From NCBI GenBank assembly GCA_947447175.1, contig CANFIM010000005.1:4376-68375 (forward strand): a DNA stretch of 64,000 bases. The letters are read 5' to 3'. Of this stretch, positions 63,497 through 64,000 are shown one piece after another. A program made the translations under genes and the position numbers. Source of the stretch: Acidimicrobiaceae bacterium (GTDB lineage Bacteria; Actinomycetota; Acidimicrobiia; Acidimicrobiales; Ilumatobacteraceae). Numbering within the stretch: the stretch's first letter is position 1; every line of letters begins with the position of its first letter. The notes under the pieces are model-generated. The model did no database searches. It was not told the DNA's origin and saw only the letters and a program-made list of their open reading frames with translations.

Positions 63497-63948
63497 GCGA
63501 TTCCGAACAAACAACCACCGAGAACAATTCGAACTCTGCGTCCTCTAGTACGAATCCCCTTGAGCAGTTTCTCGCATTGTTAGCAATGGTGGATCCTGTG
63601 GAGTTCGCTGGCAAGGCTGTTGACTCCACTCGCCGTACAACCGAGGCGCTCATCACCATTTTGGAGAATCTGGCGTCAACGGTTGACAACCTCAATAAGA
63701 CAACAACGCGTGTGAATTCTCTTCTCGACGAAGTGGAAGAACCCCTTCGCCGCATTATGCCTCAAATGGGCATCGCTATGAACACCCTGGCCAGCATGGG
63801 CGATGTTGCGATTCAGTTAGGCGACTTATCGAAACGGCTCGGACCACTCACTACCTTGGCTGAGAATGCAGGCGGTTTGTTCGGATTCAAGCCCAACAAA
63901 CCATCGAGTAGTGGAAGTACTACTTCTTCTTCGCCACAAACGGAGTAG
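63493..63948 (+). CDS. hypothetical helical protein with Ser/Thr-rich tail
   Basis: GTG 63493 overlaps the gcvP stop (GTGA) and gives 151 aa. The helical repeat region is [28 protein letters not shown], and the C-terminus is [16 protein letters not shown]. The track start at 63433 lies inside gcvP. Confidence 0.5.
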   Translation: MSDSEQTTTENNSNSASSSTNPLEQFLALLAMVDPVEFAGKAVDSTRRTTEALITILENLASTVDNLNKTTTRVNSLLDEVEEPLRRIMPQMGIAMNTLASMGDVAIQLGDLSKRLGPLTTLAENAGGLFGFKPNKPSSSGSTTSSSPQTE

Positions 63949-64000
63949 AACACACTGTTCCCGGAATCATTGTTCCGCGAACATCAAGAGAGATCGCTGT

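Noticed and set aside
1-64000. Search for CRISPR arrays, transposases, integrases, prophage blocks, toxin-antitoxin pairs, restriction-modification or other defence modules, and for tRNA/rRNA genes
   Set aside because: None were found. All intergenic regions over 60 nt were read on both strands. They contain only the glycine riboswitch, short hairpins or palindromes, and AT-rich promoter-like sequence.

Overview
This is a dense, apparently core chromosomal segment of an Actinomycetota genome. Lineage markers are a WhiB-family regulator, 20S proteasome prcBA, helY, GuaB1 and TrmI. GC content looks moderate by eye and was not computed. I call about 72 protein-coding genes, one of them truncated at the left edge, plus one tandem glycine riboswitch upstream of gcvP. 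I also mark a few hairpins or terminators and candidate operator palindromes. I found no rRNA, tRNA, CRISPR array, transposase, integrase or recognisable defence module. Content is mostly housekeeping:
- Cofactor and carbon metabolism: panBC, tkt-tal, nagA, ctaA, mobA, gcvP.
- Nucleotide and RNA functions: guaB1, cmk, rnd, trmI, a Sua5-type enzyme.
- Translation, secretion and lipid: typA, lepB, tatBC, plsC.
- Assorted hydrolases.
Several starts were moved relative to the ORF track, and each change is stated in that feature's evidence. I did not find a clear novel multi-gene system. The most unusual observation is that the proteasome neighbourhood keeps the mycobacterial-type backbone trmI ... 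prcB-prcA ... tat-tatC-helY. Every Pup-pathway gene (arc/mpa, dop, pup, pafA, pafBC) is missing from that backbone. Secondary points of interest:
- A 533-aa fused double-ThyX-fold protein next to a DUF4193-like acidic zinc-ribbon protein.
- A degenerate DAG-kinase-like ORF translationally coupled to helY.
- Perfect palindromes at two divergent gene junctions.
- A pentose-phosphate operon flanked by nagA and a long LOG/PpnN-like gene.
All family assignments come from motif recognition by eye. No database search was run.
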